Shown: positions 55,429-64,000 of the stretch, piece after piece
Position numbering within the stretch: the first letter of the stretch is position 1
How the letters are laid out: every line of letters begins with the position of its first letter
From: Candidatus Enterousia sp.
Lineage (GTDB): Bacteria; Pseudomonadota; Alphaproteobacteria; Rs-D84
Length of the DNA: 64,000 nt
Direction: 5' to 3'
NCBI GenBank assembly: GCA_045586565.1
Contig: JAZNAO010000006.1
Coordinates: forward strand, 1,457-65,456
Program-made: the position numbers and the translations under genes
The notes under the pieces: generated by a model
Database searches by the model: none
What the model was told of the DNA's origin: nothing
What the model saw: the letters and a program-made list of their open reading frames with translations, nothing else

Positions 55429-56376
55429 ATGAAAAAAATTTTATTGAGCGGTGCGTCAATCCTGGCAATTATCGCCACCACAAACGCAAATGCCGCCGGA
55501 TATACCTGTGAAGAATTGATTGAATATACATCGTGTAATACGGGATATTATCTAAATGATGGTGATTGTATCCCGGGCAATACATGCCCTGCCGGGAATT
55601 ATTTACAAGGTGTATGTCCAGATGGGTATGAGTATTCTGACACTTGGAGCGTTGAGAATGGTGCAATTGTTTGGGTTAACAATATTACACAAGCAGAGTG
55701 TGAAAATGAAGGAGACTACTGCACTTGGTACGGCGCAGGGTGCCTTATTACAGATGCGGATCCATTTATGGTGGACGATGGATTTATTTCGGCGACAGGA
55801 TATGAATGCACTGCGTGCGCGGCTGGTTCATATCAACCATCTGCGGGTCAATATGAATGTATAACATGTCCGGCGGGGGCATATTGCGGAACGACCGGAT
55901 TGTCCGCTGTATCTGGCCAGTGTGCCAAGGGGACTTATTCGCATGGTGGTGCTGTATCATGTGCCGCATGTCCGGCGACGGGACTGACCGATAAAGATGG
56001 TGCGGTTGTTGTTGCAACAACGCCGACGGCTGGTGCAACGACGATCTCGTCGTGTGTAATTGATGATACGGTTTATTTCAGGGATACCAAAGGTGTATAT
56101 CGTTACAAACAGGATTGTGTATTGCTTGGTGATATAACAGGCACTAACGCTGCAGAGTGTGAATGGGTGGCAGAAATAACCGGTGAAGATTGGAATATGT
56201 TTAATGATGCTTGTAGTTTTAATACCGAAGGAACAACGATTTTGGCACCAGCGACAGAATCTGAATGCCTTGATTTAGGTGGTGATTGGGACACTTATTT
56301 TGAAGAAGGAAAATGCCATTGTGATGGTTGGGTGTGGTATATTAAAGAAGGAAAATTGATGTGTGGGACAGTATAA
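55429..56376 (+). CDS. Secreted Cys-rich protein, family member C (315 aa)
   Basis: RBS AAAGGAGAG and signal peptide ...TTNANA|AGYTCEELIEYTSC. Contains the ephrin-receptor-like/GCC2-GCC3-like stretch CTACAAGSYQPSAGQYECITCPAGAYC...CAKGTY...CAACP. Confidence 0.78.
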   Translation: MKKILLSGASILAIIATTNANAAGYTCEELIEYTSCNTGYYLNDGDCIPGNTCPAGNYLQGVCPDGYEYSDTWSVENGAIVWVNNITQAECENEGDYCTWYGAGCLITDADPFMVDDGFISATGYECTACAAGSYQPSAGQYECITCPAGAYCGTTGLSAVSGQCAKGTYSHGGAVSCAACPATGLTDKDGAVVVATTPTAGATTISSCVIDDTVYFRDTKGVYRYKQDCVLLGDITGTNAAECEWVAEITGEDWNMFNDACSFNTEGTTILAPATESECLDLGGDWDTYFEEGKCHCDGWVWYIKEGKLMCGTV

Positions 56377-56402
56377 AAAAACCGCCGATTGGCGGTTTTT
56401 TA
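56375..56402. terminator. Bidirectional terminator shared by Cys-rich gene C and rpmH
   Basis: A7, then ACCGCC-GATT-GGCGGT hairpin, then T5. It overlaps the rpmH stop codon. Confidence 0.75.
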
Positions 56403-56552
56403 ATTTACTGCGCTGACTGCGATGCGTTTGCGTCCCGCGGCGCGACGACGATTCAAAACATCGCGACCACCCGCAGTTGCCATGCGCGCACGGAAACCAT
56501 GTGTGCGAACACGACGTGTTTTCGATGGTTGATATGTACGTTTTGTTGCCAT
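56400..56552 (-). CDS. rpmH: 50S ribosomal protein L34 (50 aa; below the ORF-track length cut-off)
   Basis: Manual translation of the minus strand gives [50 protein letters not shown]. This is a canonical L34 pattern (KRT.QPS...R...HGFR.RM.T..GR.VL..RR..GRK.L). Confidence 0.92.
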   Translation of the reverse strand: MATKRTYQPSKTRRVRTHGFRARMATAGGRDVLNRRRAAGRKRIAVSAVN

Positions 56553-56792
56553 GACTTTTATCCCTTGTTTTTTCTTTTTCTTGTTTTTCGCTTCCAGTTT
56601 GCCCGAGCAGCATCATACGCACCCTGGAAAAAATCCGTTTGTGCCCCTATTTAATCATACGTTTTATAAAAACGCAACCTTTTTATTTAGATTTTATTAA
56701 ACCTAACTTTTTCATACCTTCCTGCATCAGGTAAAATATGAATATCAACTGTAATAATTTATAAAATGGTAAAAACATTTTATTTGCCCTTG

Positions 56793-56978
56793 TTATTTTG
56801 TCTTTTGTTGTGCGTTACGTACGGCGCGTTCAATAACGGCGGTCATGTCAATCATGCGTGCCAGTGCCCATGTTTGGGTTTTTCTGATGGCGTGTTCGAT
56901 TGGTTTATCCTTGGATTCGTGTTCCATTTCACATGCCATATGTAATGCGTCAATCAATCCGTCTTTAAAAGTGCTCAT
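56793..56978 (-). CDS. Hypothetical small protein (61 aa)
   Basis: The only sizeable ORF in the 560-bp rpmH-gyrA spacer. Weak RBS. Confidence 0.25.
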   Translation of the reverse strand: MSTFKDGLIDALHMACEMEHESKDKPIEHAIRKTQTWALARMIDMTAVIERAVRNAQQKTK

Positions 56979-57114
56979 TTTTTTTGCCTTGTTTTAGTGT
57001 CCTATATCCTATCACTGGGGTGGGGTTTGTCAATCAATTTTTTTGCTTTATTTCTTGACCGAAAGCCTAAAAATCTGCTATGTTTGATATGTTATAAACA
57101 TAGGGAAAGGTTAT

Positions 57115-59847
57115 ATGTCAGAAAATATCAATGAAGTAAATGAAATTCGCGTTCCACAGTCATCGTTGGAACACGAAATGCGTACCAGTTTCTTGGACTA
57201 TGCGATGTCGGTTATTGTTGATCGTGCGTTGCCCGATGTTCGCGACGGGTGCAAACCTGTACACCGCAGAATTCTGTACGTTATGAACGATGTTGCGCCT
57301 GCGACCAAACCAACGGTTAAATCGGCGCGTATTGTCGGTGATGTTATGGGTAAATACCACCCACACGGGGACAGCTCTATTTACGAAGCCATGGTTCGTA
57401 TGGGCCAAGATTTTTCTATGGGTGAAATGTTGGTCCAGGGCCAGGGTAACTTTGGTTCGCGCGACGGGGACAAGGCGGCCGCCATGCGTTATACAGAAGC
57501 ACGCCTGTCGAAACTGGGTGCGTCTTTGATGGACGATATGGACAAAGATACGGTTGATTGGCAACCGAACTTTGACGGTTCGCTACAAGAACCTGTTGTA
57601 TTGCCAACTAAATTCCCAAATTTCTTGGTAAACGGTGGTTCTGGGATTGCGGTTGGTATGGCAACAAATGTTCCAACATATAACCTGGGCGAAGTTTGCA
57701 ATGGTATCTTGGCGGTGTTGGATAATCGTGATTTGTCGGATGATGAATTGTTTACAATCATCCCCGGGCCTGATTTCCCAACTGGCGCGATGATTATGGG
57801 ACATGCCGGTGCGTACAAGGCACACACAACCGGCCGTGGTTCAATTATCGTTCGTGCAAAGACGCATATCGAAGATTTTCGTGATCACCAGGCAATTATT
57901 GTTGATGAAATTCCATATCAGGTCAACAAGGCCCAGATGATTATTAAAATCGCCGAATTGATTAAAGATAAACGTATCGAAGGTATTTCTGAAATCCGCG
58001 ACGAATCATCCAAAGAAGGCCTGCGTATCGTTATTGAATTAAAGCGCGACGCAATTGCGGATGTTGTCTTGAATCATCTGTTCCAGTATACAGAAATGCA
58101 GACAAATTTCCCTGTAAACATGATGGCGTTGAACCGTGGTCGTCCAATGCTGTTTAATGTTCGTGGGGTGCTGGACGCGTTTATTGAATTCCGTGCCGAA
58201 GTTATTCGTCGTCGCACAATATTTGATTTGAACAAGGCGCGCAATCGTGCACATACATTGTTGGGATTGTCTGTGGCGGTTGGAAATCTGGACGAAGTTA
58301 TTGAATTGATTAAATCCAGTCCAAATCCAGAAGCCGCCCGCGAAGCCTTGATTTCACGTGGTTGGCGCGCATCTGATATTGAATCCTATATTCAATTGAT
58401 TGACGATCCAAATACAGAATACAAAGATGGCATGTTCTATATGTCCGAAGACCAGGCCCGTGCAATCTTGGAATTGCAATTGCATCGTTTGACCGGTCTG
58501 GAACGCGATAAAATCCATGACGATTTGACGGCGTTGGGTGCGACAATCAAAGACCTGCTGGAAATCTTGGGCAGTCACGAACGCATTATCCAAATTATTC
58601 GTGAAGAAACAATTTCTGTTCGCGACAATTGGGCATCCCCACGTCGTACAGAAATTTCTGATGCAGAAATCGATATCGATATCGAAGATTTGATTGCACG
58701 TGAAGATATGGTGGTGACTGTCACTAATACAGGATATATCAAACGTGTTGCATTGGATACATACCGTGCCCAAAAACGCGGTGGCAAAGGCCGCAATGCC
58801 ATGGCAACCAAAGAAGACGACTATGTGGTTCAGGTGTTTGTTGCAAATACCCATACACCGTTGTTGTTCTTTAGTTCCAAGGGCCTGTGCTATAAATTAA
58901 AAACATACAAATTACCCGAAGCGGCCGCCGCGGCCAAGGGACGTCCATTGGTAAATCTGTTGCCATTGGCCCAGGGCGAAACAATAACCGCAATCTTGCC
59001 GGTACCCGAAGAAGACGTTGCACGTGTTGCAGAATCTGGGGTTGAACATTTCTTGATGTTTGCAACGGCATCTGGAACGGTACGTCGCAATCGTATGTCT
59101 GATTTTGATTCTATCCGTGCAAACGGGAAAATCGCAATGAAATTGGATGACGGCGACAGTTTGATTTCTGTTTTGCCATGTAATGAAAACCAAGACGTGT
59201 TCTTGGCGACATATCGTGGTCGCGCAATTCGATTCCCTGTGCCAGAAATCCGTGTGTTTGCCGGCCGTAATTCAACTGGCGTGCGTGGTATCACATTGGG
59301 CAAGGATGACAGAATCATCGGTATGGCAATGTTAAACCGTGGTGAATCTGATTCTGCGGTGCGTGCGGCTTATATCAAGCAGTCACGCGCGGCACGTCGC
59401 GCCGAAACAGGCATCGAAGAAGAAGCAGATGCGGATGAAGAAGTAACAACACTGGTTCTGGACGATGCAAAAATGGCCCAAATGGCGGCCCGCGAAGAAT
59501 TCATTTTAACAATTTCTGAAAATGGATTTGGTAAACGCACCAGTTCGTATGAATATCGTCTGACCCATCGTGGTGGTGGTGGATTTACAAACATTAAACT
59601 GGGTGGTAAAAATACAGCGGTTGCGGGTTCTTTCCCTGTGACAAACGACCAAGATATTATCATGGTGACAGACGGTGGAAAAATTATTCGTACACCGGTC
59701 GCAGATGTTCGTATCGCAGGACGTTCAACCGCAGGTGTTACATTGTTCCGCACTGCAGAAAATGAAAAGGTTGTGTCTGCAATTTCTATCGAAGGCGCGT
59801 CTGACGAAGAAGAAATTGTCGCAGAATCAGAAAACGTCGCAGAATAA
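57115..59847 (+). CDS. gyrA: DNA gyrase subunit A
   Basis: [22 protein letters not shown], active-site [10 protein letters not shown], and C-terminal beta-pinwheel repeats. Confidence 0.96.
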   Translation: MSENINEVNEIRVPQSSLEHEMRTSFLDYAMSVIVDRALPDVRDGCKPVHRRILYVMNDVAPATKPTVKSARIVGDVMGKYHPHGDSSIYEAMVRMGQDFSMGEMLVQGQGNFGSRDGDKAAAMRYTEARLSKLGASLMDDMDKDTVDWQPNFDGSLQEPVVLPTKFPNFLVNGGSGIAVGMATNVPTYNLGEVCNGILAVLDNRDLSDDELFTIIPGPDFPTGAMIMGHAGAYKAHTTGRGSIIVRAKTHIEDFRDHQAIIVDEIPYQVNKAQMIIKIAELIKDKRIEGISEIRDESSKEGLRIVIELKRDAIADVVLNHLFQYTEMQTNFPVNMMALNRGRPMLFNVRGVLDAFIEFRAEVIRRRTIFDLNKARNRAHTLLGLSVAVGNLDEVIELIKSSPNPEAAREALISRGWRASDIESYIQLIDDPNTEYKDGMFYMSEDQARAILELQLHRLTGLERDKIHDDLTALGATIKDLLEILGSHERIIQIIREETISVRDNWASPRRTEISDAEIDIDIEDLIAREDMVVTVTNTGYIKRVALDTYRAQKRGGKGRNAMATKEDDYVVQVFVANTHTPLLFFSSKGLCYKLKTYKLPEAAAAAKGRPLVNLLPLAQGETITAILPVPEEDVARVAESGVEHFLMFATASGTVRRNRMSDFDSIRANGKIAMKLDDGDSLISVLPCNENQDVFLATYRGRAIRFPVPEIRVFAGRNSTGVRGITLGKDDRIIGMAMLNRGESDSAVRAAYIKQSRAARRAETGIEEEADADEEVTTLVLDDAKMAQMAAREEFILTISENGFGKRTSSYEYRLTHRGGGGFTNIKLGGKNTAVAGSFPVTNDQDIIMVTDGGKIIRTPVADVRIAGRSTAGVTLFRTAENEKVVSAISIEGASDEEEIVAESENVAE

Positions 59848-59862
59848 TAACGGGGTGCCGGC

Positions 59863-60240
59863 ATGGAAAACAATGAATACTTTGCATCGATAAATGAAGT
59901 ATCCAAGCGGTTAAACGTGCCGGCGCATACCTTGCGATATTGGGAAAAACAATTCCCGGTTGCGATTCGACCAACAACAGGTTCGGGTGGGCGTCGATAC
60001 TATCGCACAGATACGGTTGAAAAACTAATCGTTATCAAAGACTTATTATACACGCATGGTTTGACGATTGCGGGGGTAAAGAAATTGTTGCGTGATGGTA
60101 ATTTGCCAACAAATGCAGATGAATTGTTGGCATCTAATTCATCGGTTACGGTTGTGCCATCGCCACGTCCATCGGCTGATGTGTCTGAGATTGACAATGC
60201 AATAAGGTTATTGGAAAACGCGCGTGATTTATTGAAATAA
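59863..60240 (+). CDS. MerR-family transcriptional regulator
   Basis: HTH INEVSKRLNVPAHTLRYWEKQF...GGRRYY matches the MerR N-terminal domain. Confidence 0.75.
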   Translation: MENNEYFASINEVSKRLNVPAHTLRYWEKQFPVAIRPTTGSGGRRYYRTDTVEKLIVIKDLLYTHGLTIAGVKKLLRDGNLPTNADELLASNSSVTVVPSPRPSADVSEIDNAIRLLENARDLLK

Positions 60241-60266
60241 AACGCCACCAATTGGCGGCATTTTAC
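60241..60266. terminator. Putative bidirectional terminator
   Basis: Imperfect hairpin GCCACCAATTGGCGGC flanked by an A-run and a T-run, between convergent genes. Confidence 0.45.
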
Positions 60267-60868
60267 TTTTGTTTTATGTTACGAAGCATGCGCCAATCCA
60301 TACATAATTTATTCCAATTAGATTTGATTCGTTGAATTTTTGGAACACGGATTATAGAATCTAATTTGTTGCAATCGTGTTTCACGTTGTCAAAATGTAT
60401 TTGTGCATGTTGTGCGCATCTGTCAGCTCTTATCATATCTGGGTGATTGTTTACATATTGACGGCGTAATGAATCTTCGCGCAGTGCCATTGCATCATGC
60501 AATTTATCACGTTGGTTGCATATTTCATAGTATTGTTCTGGGGAATATTTATCGCCATTTTTTATCTTTGAATCCAGCGTTATCGCCTGATTCAACATTT
60601 CTAAATATTCTTTATCTGTATACAGGTTTGTTGCGCCATAACTAAAATCATTTAGTTCTGTATACACAACTGATTGATGTTCTTGGGCGTCTTGCAATGC
60701 ATGTTTTGCGGATTCTAAATCTTTGTGATTATATAATCCCATGGTATCGTATCGTGCAATCATGCTGGCCAACAATGCCAGTGTTGCAATTGCATAAACT
60801 GCCACCGTTCCGCCTGTGATATACAATAAATCTTTCTTTGTAATCAGCGGGTTATCAGTTTTGTTCAT
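60263..60868 (-). CDS. Hypothetical membrane-anchored helical protein (201 aa)
   Basis: One TM helix (ITGGTVAVYAIATLALLASMI) followed by a polar helical domain. Confidence 0.4.
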   Translation of the reverse strand: MNKTDNPLITKKDLLYITGGTVAVYAIATLALLASMIARYDTMGLYNHKDLESAKHALQDAQEHQSVVYTELNDFSYGATNLYTDKEYLEMLNQAITLDSKIKNGDKYSPEQYYEICNQRDKLHDAMALREDSLRRQYVNNHPDMIRADRCAQHAQIHFDNVKHDCNKLDSIIRVPKIQRIKSNWNKLCMDWRMLRNIKQK

Positions 60869-60883
60869 TTTCTTCTCTCCTTA

Positions 60884-61501
60884 TTATCTAATGTGCTGCA
60901 TAATGTGAATATGTTTCATATTCAACAACGAATCAATCTGTCTCTGGTATTGTTGAATTGTGTCGATTATATCGCCACGCACATCGGAAACAGTTTTGTT
61001 TTTGTTATTATTTATGTTTTGTATTTGTTGTTGTAAATTTTTGATTCGTTTTGTGTTTAGTTTAAATTGTTTATGTGCGCGTCGTACTGCGGGCACGTTT
61101 GCATATTCGTTGAACACGGTTTCATTTTTGCGTGCAACACAAAATGTTGAACTTTTTGTTGCGGCATCATATGCCTGTGATATCAATTTTTCATTTAAGT
61201 TTTCTAAACTGTCTATCTTTGTGTGTGTTACAGATTTGTGCGTATACAGCGGATTTAGTTCCCAGATTTTTTCATCGCTTTGATTTAAAATATGGCGCAA
61301 ACTGTCCACAGATTTGTGTGCATTTTGAATTTGAGAATCAATATTTGTTGTATTGATTGCCTGTATTGATTTCTTTAATGGTACAGGTTGCTTGTTTTGC
61401 TCCCCTGAAATTTTTGCCAGAAATATACATGCAGTTATCACCACAGCACATATTGTCCCAGGAAGCATGTTTTTTAAAATTTGTTTTGCATTGTCGTCCA
61501 T
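60884..61501 (-). CDS. Hypothetical membrane-anchored helical protein (205 aa)
   Basis: One TM helix (GTICAVVITACIFLA) followed by an Asn/Gln/Lys-rich helical domain. Confidence 0.4.
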   Translation of the reverse strand: MDDNAKQILKNMLPGTICAVVITACIFLAKISGEQNKQPVPLKKSIQAINTTNIDSQIQNAHKSVDSLRHILNQSDEKIWELNPLYTHKSVTHTKIDSLENLNEKLISQAYDAATKSSTFCVARKNETVFNEYANVPAVRRAHKQFKLNTKRIKNLQQQIQNINNNKNKTVSDVRGDIIDTIQQYQRQIDSLLNMKHIHIMQHIR

Positions 61502-61554
61502 AATATTACTCTTTTGTTATATGTACATTCTCTACTCGCTGCAAAACACAGAAC

Positions 61555-61629
61555 TGGCACTCCCAACGGGAATCGAACCCGTGTTACCAGAATGAGAATC
61601 TGATGTCCTAACCGCTAGACGATGGGAGC
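61555..61629 (-). tRNA. tRNA-Glu (anticodon CUC)
   Basis: Manual fold of the reverse complement GCTCCCATCGTCTAGCGGTTAGGACATCAGATTCTCATTCTGGTAACACGGGTTCGATTCCCGTTGGGAGTGCCA. It gives a 7-bp acceptor stem (G1-U72 wobble), a Glu-type D arm, anticodon loop TTCTCAT, T-loop TTCGATT, and an encoded CCA. Confidence 0.85.
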
Positions 61630-61718
61630 GTTCCAACATTTATACCATAATTACCAATTATTGCAAATGAAAGTTTTCCTTGCGCCTGGCTTTTTAATTT
61701 TTTAGCATAACAATTGTC

Positions 61719-62465
61719 ATGGCAGGTTCACTACGTCGATTTTTTACAAATGTTATTTGCGGGTGTATAACAAACAAAGACGCGCGCAAGCGTGTGCGTG
61801 TTGTATTGAATTCTGATATGATATCCAATATTCGGTTTATGCGTAAAAATACCGGATTACCTATAAAAAAGATAAAAACATTTATCGGATACCAGGCGCG
61901 CAATTTACTGGTCAGCATAAACGATAAATATATTTTCAAATTTCCGTTGCGACGCAGTGATTCTGATGAACTGGCGTTGCGTGAATCTCGAATTGTATCT
62001 GCATTGGCGCCATTGTCACCGACATATGTTCCGCCGGTTGATATATTTACCCATCGTGGACGTATTGTTCGGCGTTATGAGTTTATTCAAGGAACACAAT
62101 TGCGTAAAATGCCACTGGATATGGCATTGGCAAATATTGATAAATTGGCGCCCCAGGTCGCGCGCTTTATGTTTGAAATTGGTCGTGCTGATCCGGCCGA
62201 AATTCGTGATTTAAAGCCATGTCCGCGTGCGCGTCCGAAATATATGCACGGTTGGTCCCAGGGCGATATCTGTGATAATTTTATTATTGATATGGATACG
62301 ATGAAAATAGTTGCCTTTATTGATTGGGAAGACTGTGCGTTTGGTGATTTTTCACGATTATTTAAGGCCGATAAACGTTCGCCGAACATAGAACTGATGA
62401 ACGCGGTCAAGGTTGAATATGATAAACTGTATAATGCTGCATATCCAAAACGTGGGGGAAAATAA
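61719..62465 (+). CDS. Protein-kinase-like/aminoglycoside-phosphotransferase-family protein, paralogue 1
   Basis: C-terminal HGWSQGDICDNFII...VAFIDWEDCAFGDF resembles the APH/choline-kinase catalytic and metal-binding loops. The N-terminal basic motif is shared with the next gene. Confidence 0.5.
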   Translation: MAGSLRRFFTNVICGCITNKDARKRVRVVLNSDMISNIRFMRKNTGLPIKKIKTFIGYQARNLLVSINDKYIFKFPLRRSDSDELALRESRIVSALAPLSPTYVPPVDIFTHRGRIVRRYEFIQGTQLRKMPLDMALANIDKLAPQVARFMFEIGRADPAEIRDLKPCPRARPKYMHGWSQGDICDNFIIDMDTMKIVAFIDWEDCAFGDFSRLFKADKRSPNIELMNAVKVEYDKLYNAAYPKRGGK

Positions 62466-62468
62466 AAA

Positions 62469-63212
62469 ATGAGTCTGCGACATACACTGGTAAATATCGT
62501 TTGTGGTTTTGTGCCAGGCAAAAAAGCGCGCACGCGTGTTCGTGTGTTTTTAATGTATCCTGTGGCATTTTCATATGTAAAATATGTAAAACAATGGGCG
62601 CGTGAAAATTGTGGTGGGGTGCAAAGTTTATCAATGGCGTTTGGTGTTGGATGTCGCAATCTGGTTGTTGTGTTAAATAAAGAACATGTATTTAAATTTT
62701 TATTGGTTAAACGTGAAAATCCGGCCCTGCGGGAAGAACGTGTTGTAAACGCGTTGCGCCGTGTGTCGCCATTGATATCGCCCAAAATGGAAGTTATAAA
62801 TTGGAACGGGGTTTTGGTGCGTCATTATGATTTTGTGCATGGAAAATTGTTGTGCGATTTTGCGCCGTCTGAAATTTATGCCCACCAAGAAAAAATCGCA
62901 AAACAATTGGCAGAATTTATGTATAAAATTGGTTGTGCCGATCCAGCCGAAATTCGTGATTTGAAACCAGACCCCAATGTGGCTCCAGGATATATGTACG
63001 GTTGGTTTCATAATGATATTGGTAATAACTGTATGTTGGACGATGATATGAATATTGTTGGATTTATCGATTGTGACAAGACGGCATTTTGTGATTTTCG
63101 TACCAGTTTAACATACGCCAATCATCATTGGGATAAACACGGATTTAAGGGGCTGATGGTTCACACATTGTATGAATATTCAAAATTGTACTTTGCACAT
63201 AATAAAAAATAA
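62469..63212 (+). CDS. Protein-kinase-like/aminoglycoside-phosphotransferase-family protein, paralogue 2
   Basis: Collinear with the previous gene (ADPAEIRDLKP identical; FHNDIGNNCML...GFIDCDKTAFCDF). Starts 3 nt after the upstream stop. Confidence 0.5.
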   Translation: MSLRHTLVNIVCGFVPGKKARTRVRVFLMYPVAFSYVKYVKQWARENCGGVQSLSMAFGVGCRNLVVVLNKEHVFKFLLVKRENPALREERVVNALRRVSPLISPKMEVINWNGVLVRHYDFVHGKLLCDFAPSEIYAHQEKIAKQLAEFMYKIGCADPAEIRDLKPDPNVAPGYMYGWFHNDIGNNCMLDDDMNIVGFIDCDKTAFCDFRTSLTYANHHWDKHGFKGLMVHTLYEYSKLYFAHNKK

Positions 63213-63236
63213 ACCGGTATTATACCGGTTTTTTAC
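63208..63236. terminator. Bidirectional terminator
   Basis: A-run, then ACCGGT-ATTAT-ACCGGT hairpin, then T6, between convergent genes. Confidence 0.7.
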
Positions 63237-63976
63237 TTAACTTTTTGTGCCTGCCCCATCCATATTATTTTCTGTTTTGGGTTTTCAAAAATTGCAATTG
63301 GCATGTGGTACAGGTTATATCCAGTACCATTACAAAATTCTTTGGTTAATATGGCGTGTTTCGATGCTGCACGATGTAATTGGTTAATTTTACTTAGTAT
63401 TGCATTATTGCCCTGATGTCGCATTTGCCCATCTTGAAAGTCTTGCCCAGTGACGATTTGGTATATATTGGATATATCACAGTAATCAATTTCACCATTG
63501 TCATATTGTTTGAACCATTGGTATTCGGTGTGGTCCAAAACAGGAACTGCTTTTAAATTCATATCTGCCAATTGAAGCAAGAATTTTTGTGGGTTAATGT
63601 ATTCCAGATTGGCCCGCCGGCCATTAATAGAAATAACTTTTGTTTGCAGGTCATCTGTTTTGATATATTTTGGACGATTTGGGTTATAAAAAGTATTTAA
63701 TGTTTCCAGCGTGCAATCCGGAACTTCCAGAATTGCACTTTTGTCCGCGGGTTTATATGGTACGGATCGCAGATTAATCGTTAATGGGTGTGGTAACTCA
63801 AAATCCACCATGTCATAACTTTGAATTACATGTTGTGGTGTACACGTTGTGTATGTCAACTTATTACCACACTGTGTCAGGAATACACATTCCGCCCATC
63901 GATATTTGTTGCGTTCATATTGTCTTCTGTATGTAATATTCACAGGGACTGCCAACAACTTGTGATTTTGCAACAC
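63233..63976 (-). CDS. Hypothetical protein (247 aa)
   Basis: Long ORF at the window edge. No motif recognised. Confidence 0.4.
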   Translation of the reverse strand: MLQNHKLLAVPVNITYRRQYERNKYRWAECVFLTQCGNKLTYTTCTPQHVIQSYDMVDFELPHPLTINLRSVPYKPADKSAILEVPDCTLETLNTFYNPNRPKYIKTDDLQTKVISINGRRANLEYINPQKFLLQLADMNLKAVPVLDHTEYQWFKQYDNGEIDYCDISNIYQIVTGQDFQDGQMRHQGNNAILSKINQLHRAASKHAILTKEFCNGTGYNLYHMPIAIFENPKQKIIWMGQAQKVK

Positions 63977-64000
63977 GGTATTATTTAAAGGAATTTTTAA

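Noticed and set aside
56553-57114. A possible oriC in the rpmH-gyrA spacer, since rpmH often neighbours dnaA/oriC.
   Set aside because: I found no TTATCCACA/TGTGGATAA boxes or clustered near-matches by eye, and no dnaA or dnaN nearby. The only near-match in the window (TGGTGGATAA at ~35683) is isolated.
61555-61629. tRNA-Glu as an integration site of a genomic island bounded by a direct repeat of the tRNA 3' end.
   Set aside because: I found no second copy of the tRNA 3' segment (TTCGATTCCCGTTGGGAG or its complement) and no integrase in the window. An island remains possible but is unsupported.
1-64000. CRISPR arrays, rRNA genes, transposases/integrases and prophage modules.
   Set aside because: No regularly spaced direct repeats, no rRNA-like sequence, and no ORF with recombinase, transposase or phage structural motifs was seen on either strand.

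Overview
An AT-rich chromosomal window that looks alphaproteobacterial. It carries a DUF4167 protein and nusA-infB, lpxD-fabZ and mrcA-mraY-ftsW-murG neighbourhoods. Five VirB6/TrbL-like paralogues and a ValS without the C-terminal coiled coil are reminiscent of Rickettsiales/Holosporales-type endosymbionts; this is inference only. I support about 59 CDS, one tRNA-Glu(CUC), an rpmH gene too short for the ORF track, many hairpin-plus-T-run terminators and a dispersed palindromic repeat. Most genes are housekeeping: nrdR, slt, rmuC, def-fmt, truA, comEC, pyrG, dnaX, rluD, dnaQ, uvrD, rpmE, suhB-like, fabZ, lpxD, nusA, infB, PBP1A, mraY, ftsW, murG, comF, valS, gyrA. Four things stand out. (1) Three paralogous secreted Cys-rich proteins with eukaryote-like CxxC/CPxGxY repeats each sit behind the same promoter and a conserved ~240-270 nt leader. 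The leader has compensatory base changes and four mutually exclusive segments ending in a hairpin plus T-run, which I do not recognise as a known riboswitch or T-box. The promoters abut arms of a MITE-like palindromic repeat. (2) An operon of three 410-450 aa proteins has prepilin-type N-termini and tail-fibre-like motifs, and a small pilin is translationally coupled to dnaX; no pilus machinery is in the window. (3) A five-gene VirB6/TrbL-like cluster has no other T4SS genes nearby. (4) A 1104 aa Cys-rich surface protein contains internal module duplications. No CRISPR array, rRNA, transposase or integrase was seen.
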